Part shown: positions 61,301 to 64,000 of the stretch, piece by piece
Numbering within the stretch: position 1 is the first letter of the stretch
Layout of the letters: each line of letters begins with the position of its first letter
Source: Azolla caroliniana
Lineage: Eukaryota > Plantae > Polypodiophyta
Direction of reading: 5' to 3'
Assembly (NCBI GenBank): GCA_043228905.1
Contig: JBHGNT010000005.1
Span: 16,430,001 to 16,494,000 of the forward strand
DNA: 64,000 bases
The notes under the pieces: model-generated
What the model was told of the DNA's origin: nothing
Databases searched by the model: none
The model's input: the letters and a program-made list of their open reading frames with translations, nothing else
Made by a program: the position numbers and the translations under genes

Positions 61301-63707
61301 TCCACTCTCGCGTGGAGCTCTTTGAAGACGGATAACACCTGATCCTTCGTCTTCAACGGTGTGGCCCACAGCTTCCGGCTGTGGTCATCTATGAACGCCA
61401 CGAAGTACTGCGCTCCGGCATGTGACTTCATGTCTACTTGACACACATCCGTATGCACCAACTCTAGTGGTGCATTACGTCTCATCGGTGGCCTTGGTCG
61501 GAAGGAGGTCCGGTTCTGCTTATCGGCCAGACAATCAGTGCACTTCTCTAAGTGCACGTTCTTCACTGGAATGAGGTTGTCGTCTGCAAGCCTCTTCATC
61601 CCCTTCTCGCTCATATGACACAGCCTCTTGTGCAACAGCTCACCGGCAGTGTCGGGTGCCACGTTCACTTCTTCCGGACATAACCGAGCATTCATCAGGT
61701 ACAGTGCGTTTACCTTCCGGGCCTGAGCCACAATCAGGCTCCCTTTGCTGAACTTCATGACACCGTTCCGGATGCTACCCGTGTAGCCCTCATCATCTAC
61801 CCGACCGGCTGATATCAGGTTCAGTCGAACCTCCGGAACGTGTTGGACATCCTTCAGCAGCAACTTGCATCTGGTTGGTGTCGACAGCCACACGTCTCCT
61901 ATGCCGACAATTCGGCATGTACCTTCATTCCCATCCGGACACAGCCGTGATCACCGGCTAAGTAGGATGAGAAGCATTTCCGGTCCGAGGTAAGGTGGAA
62001 CGACGCTCCGGAGTCTACCACCCAGGTCATCTCGTCGCCGGCAAGGTTTATCTCACTCTCCTCGGTGATGAGCATCAACTCCTCTTCACTTGCCGCGATT
62101 GTCGTCGTTCCCTTCCGGTCCGGTCCCCTACGGTCTTTACCGTTCCGGTTCGGTGTCCGCTTCGAATCGGTGTCGTCAGTTTCCTTGTCTTTACGGAAGT
62201 GTCGATAGTTCTTCTGGAAGTGTCCCGGCTTGCCGCAATAGAAGCAAGTAGGCCTCCCCCTTGACTTTGACCGTGTCCCCAACTTCTCCCGGTTCTGGGG
62301 ACTACGGTTTCTGTGTCTTCCGCGTTCCGATTCGGTAAGGAGCGCTTTGGAGTCGGAGCTCGTATCCTTATCTTTCCGACGCGCCTCCTCATCCAGCAAA
62401 CTCGACTTCACTCTTGCTAGGGATAACCGTTTTCCTTCCGGCCCGGCGTTGCCCAAAGTGACGACCAACGTCTCCCAGCTATCCGGGAGGGAACCGAGCA
62501 GGAGTAGTGCTAGTACCTCGTTGGCGAGAGGTACTTCCAATGATGTTGCCTGGTGTATCAGCCCCTGGAAGGCATTCATGTGCTCCGCCATGCTGGAGCC
62601 ATCTTGGTACCGGAGTCTTACTAGCTTCCGGAATACCGAAACCTAATTAACAGCATTTTTGTTTTGAAACATTATGCCGATCTTCTCCCAGAGCTCATGA
62701 GCCTTGCTCTCTTCATTGAAGTTGTTGTACATGCTCATGTCGATGAAGCACCGTATGTACGCCGTTGTCTTCATGTGCATCACCTCCCATATCGCGGCGT
62801 CAATTTTGTCCGGTCTCTTGTCCCCAAACTGAACCGGCAGCCAGAGGTCTTTAACCACGAGCATGTCCCTCATCTTCGACTTCCACACTGAATAGTTGGA
62901 GCCGGTGAGCTTGAACATGCCGCCAAATGATTCGTCCATTTTCTGTGTCGTTTCGCTCTAATACCACTTGACGGGAACTGCAATGCTCGGCCACAACCGA
63001 GCTTAAAATCATACATAGAAAACAGGAATGAATGCACGACACAAGAGAAGAGACGAGTACGCAGGATGTTTACGTGGAAAACCCAAACTAAGGGAAAAAC
63101 CATGGCAGCCCACAGGCTGCAAACTATCACTATGCTAGAATGTACAACAGTGAGTTCACGGAGGCAACGACCTCGTGCTCACGATCCTCGCCACAGGCGG
63201 CGGTTACAACAGAGGCAACGACCTCTTTCTCTCTCTCTCTCTCTCTGTACAGTTCCGCGCTCTCTCTCTCCTTGCACCAACAAGAATAACAACAACTAAC
63301 AAAAAGTTTGCCTTAAGTCATATTTATACTAATATGACTTTTCGGCTATTTACAAATATAGCCATGATGGACTCTCAAAAACATATTTACTAATATGTCT
63401 CTTCATCCGGTGAGCACTCCTCACCGGGTCTGCACCATCCGGCTCTCCGTAGCCGGGTACTCCTCATCCGGTCCTCACCGGGTCTGCACCATCAGGCTCT
63501 CCGTAGCCGAGTACTCCTCATCCGGTTCTCACCGGGTCTGCACCATCCGGCTCTCCGTAGCCGGGTACTCCTCATCCGGTTCTCACCGGGTCTGCACCAT
63601 CCGGCTCTCCGTAGCCGAGTACTCCTCATACGGTTTCGGCCTCGGCCGAGTTTGTTCATCAGCACTGTTCTTCTCCCTTCCCATCCGGAGGGACCTATCT
63701 CCCAACA
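58337..63707 (-). mobile_element. Element J: degenerate Ty1/Copia related to I
   Basis: 5' LTR 62969-63707; truncated 3' LTR 58337-58898; PBS TGGTATTAGAGC 62955-62966; PPT at about 58901-58910; 54-bp tandem repeats in the LTRs. Confidence 0.93.
58909..62939 (-). pseudogene. pol: gag-pol of J (stop at 62643 and frameshifts)
   Basis: ORFs 62643-62939, 61899-62591, 59680-61893 (HKRLCH, VHTDVC, RADNGGEY, YVDD) and 58909-59592. Confidence 0.92.
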
Positions 63708-64000
63708 ATAGCTCTATACTCTGCTTCGGTTTTTGACCTTGCTACTATTGACTGTTTCTTACTCTTCGAAGAGACCAGATTGCCTCCAACAAACATGTAG
63801 TATCCTGATGTGGATTTCCTATCATCAGCACAACTAGCCCAATCAGAATCACAATAGCCCTCACTGTTAAAATGACCATTTTTCTAAAGATTAATCCCTT
63901 CCCTAGGGCAATTTTGAGATATCTCAGAATATGGTACACTGCATCCATATGATCTTTCCTCGGATCATGCATGTAGCAACTTACCACACTTACTGCAAAT
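63708..64000 (-). mobile_element. Fragment of another Copia (RT/RNase H) that hosts J
   Basis: Minus-strand peptides HMDAVYHILRYLK, GYCDSDWA and KKQSIVARSKTEAEYRA. Confidence 0.85.

Overview
This window is a gene-free, deeply nested LTR-retrotransposon cluster of plant type; the element families suggest a non-seed plant, which is an inference. I see no host genes. Letters below are my own labels. An old minus-strand Copia (K, 1745-45671) is split by a minus-strand Gypsy with a tRNA-Trp PBS (A, 3802-44106, TSD ATGT). A contains two solo LTRs (3901-5171, 6575-7280), an Athila-like Gypsy with a 3' accessory ORF (D, 9874-22714), and a non-autonomous element (B, 24823-43323). D holds fragment E and non-autonomous H. 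B holds autonomous-type Gypsy C (27933-41850), which holds an intact chromovirus with identical LTRs (G, 30303-36062). The LTR of K is interrupted by Athila-like F (45672-58336), which holds a young Copia I (48803-53328) and is fused by deletion to Copia J (58337-63707). J sits in another Copia. Most notable observations: (1) D and E have no polypurine tract, and a conserved tRNA-3'-end-like sequence (an inverted PBS) sits 2 nt before the 3' LTR, suggesting dual tRNA priming; (2) C and H LTRs carry an antisense tRNA-like Pol III module; (3) B and H encode a long Gag-plus-repeat ORF and no pol; (4) a conserved -1 frameshift pseudoknot follows the protease in A and C; (5) the Trp-PBS group inserts at CpG-centred 4-bp targets. 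All alignments were by eye, and tRNA identities come from recalled plant tRNA sequences.
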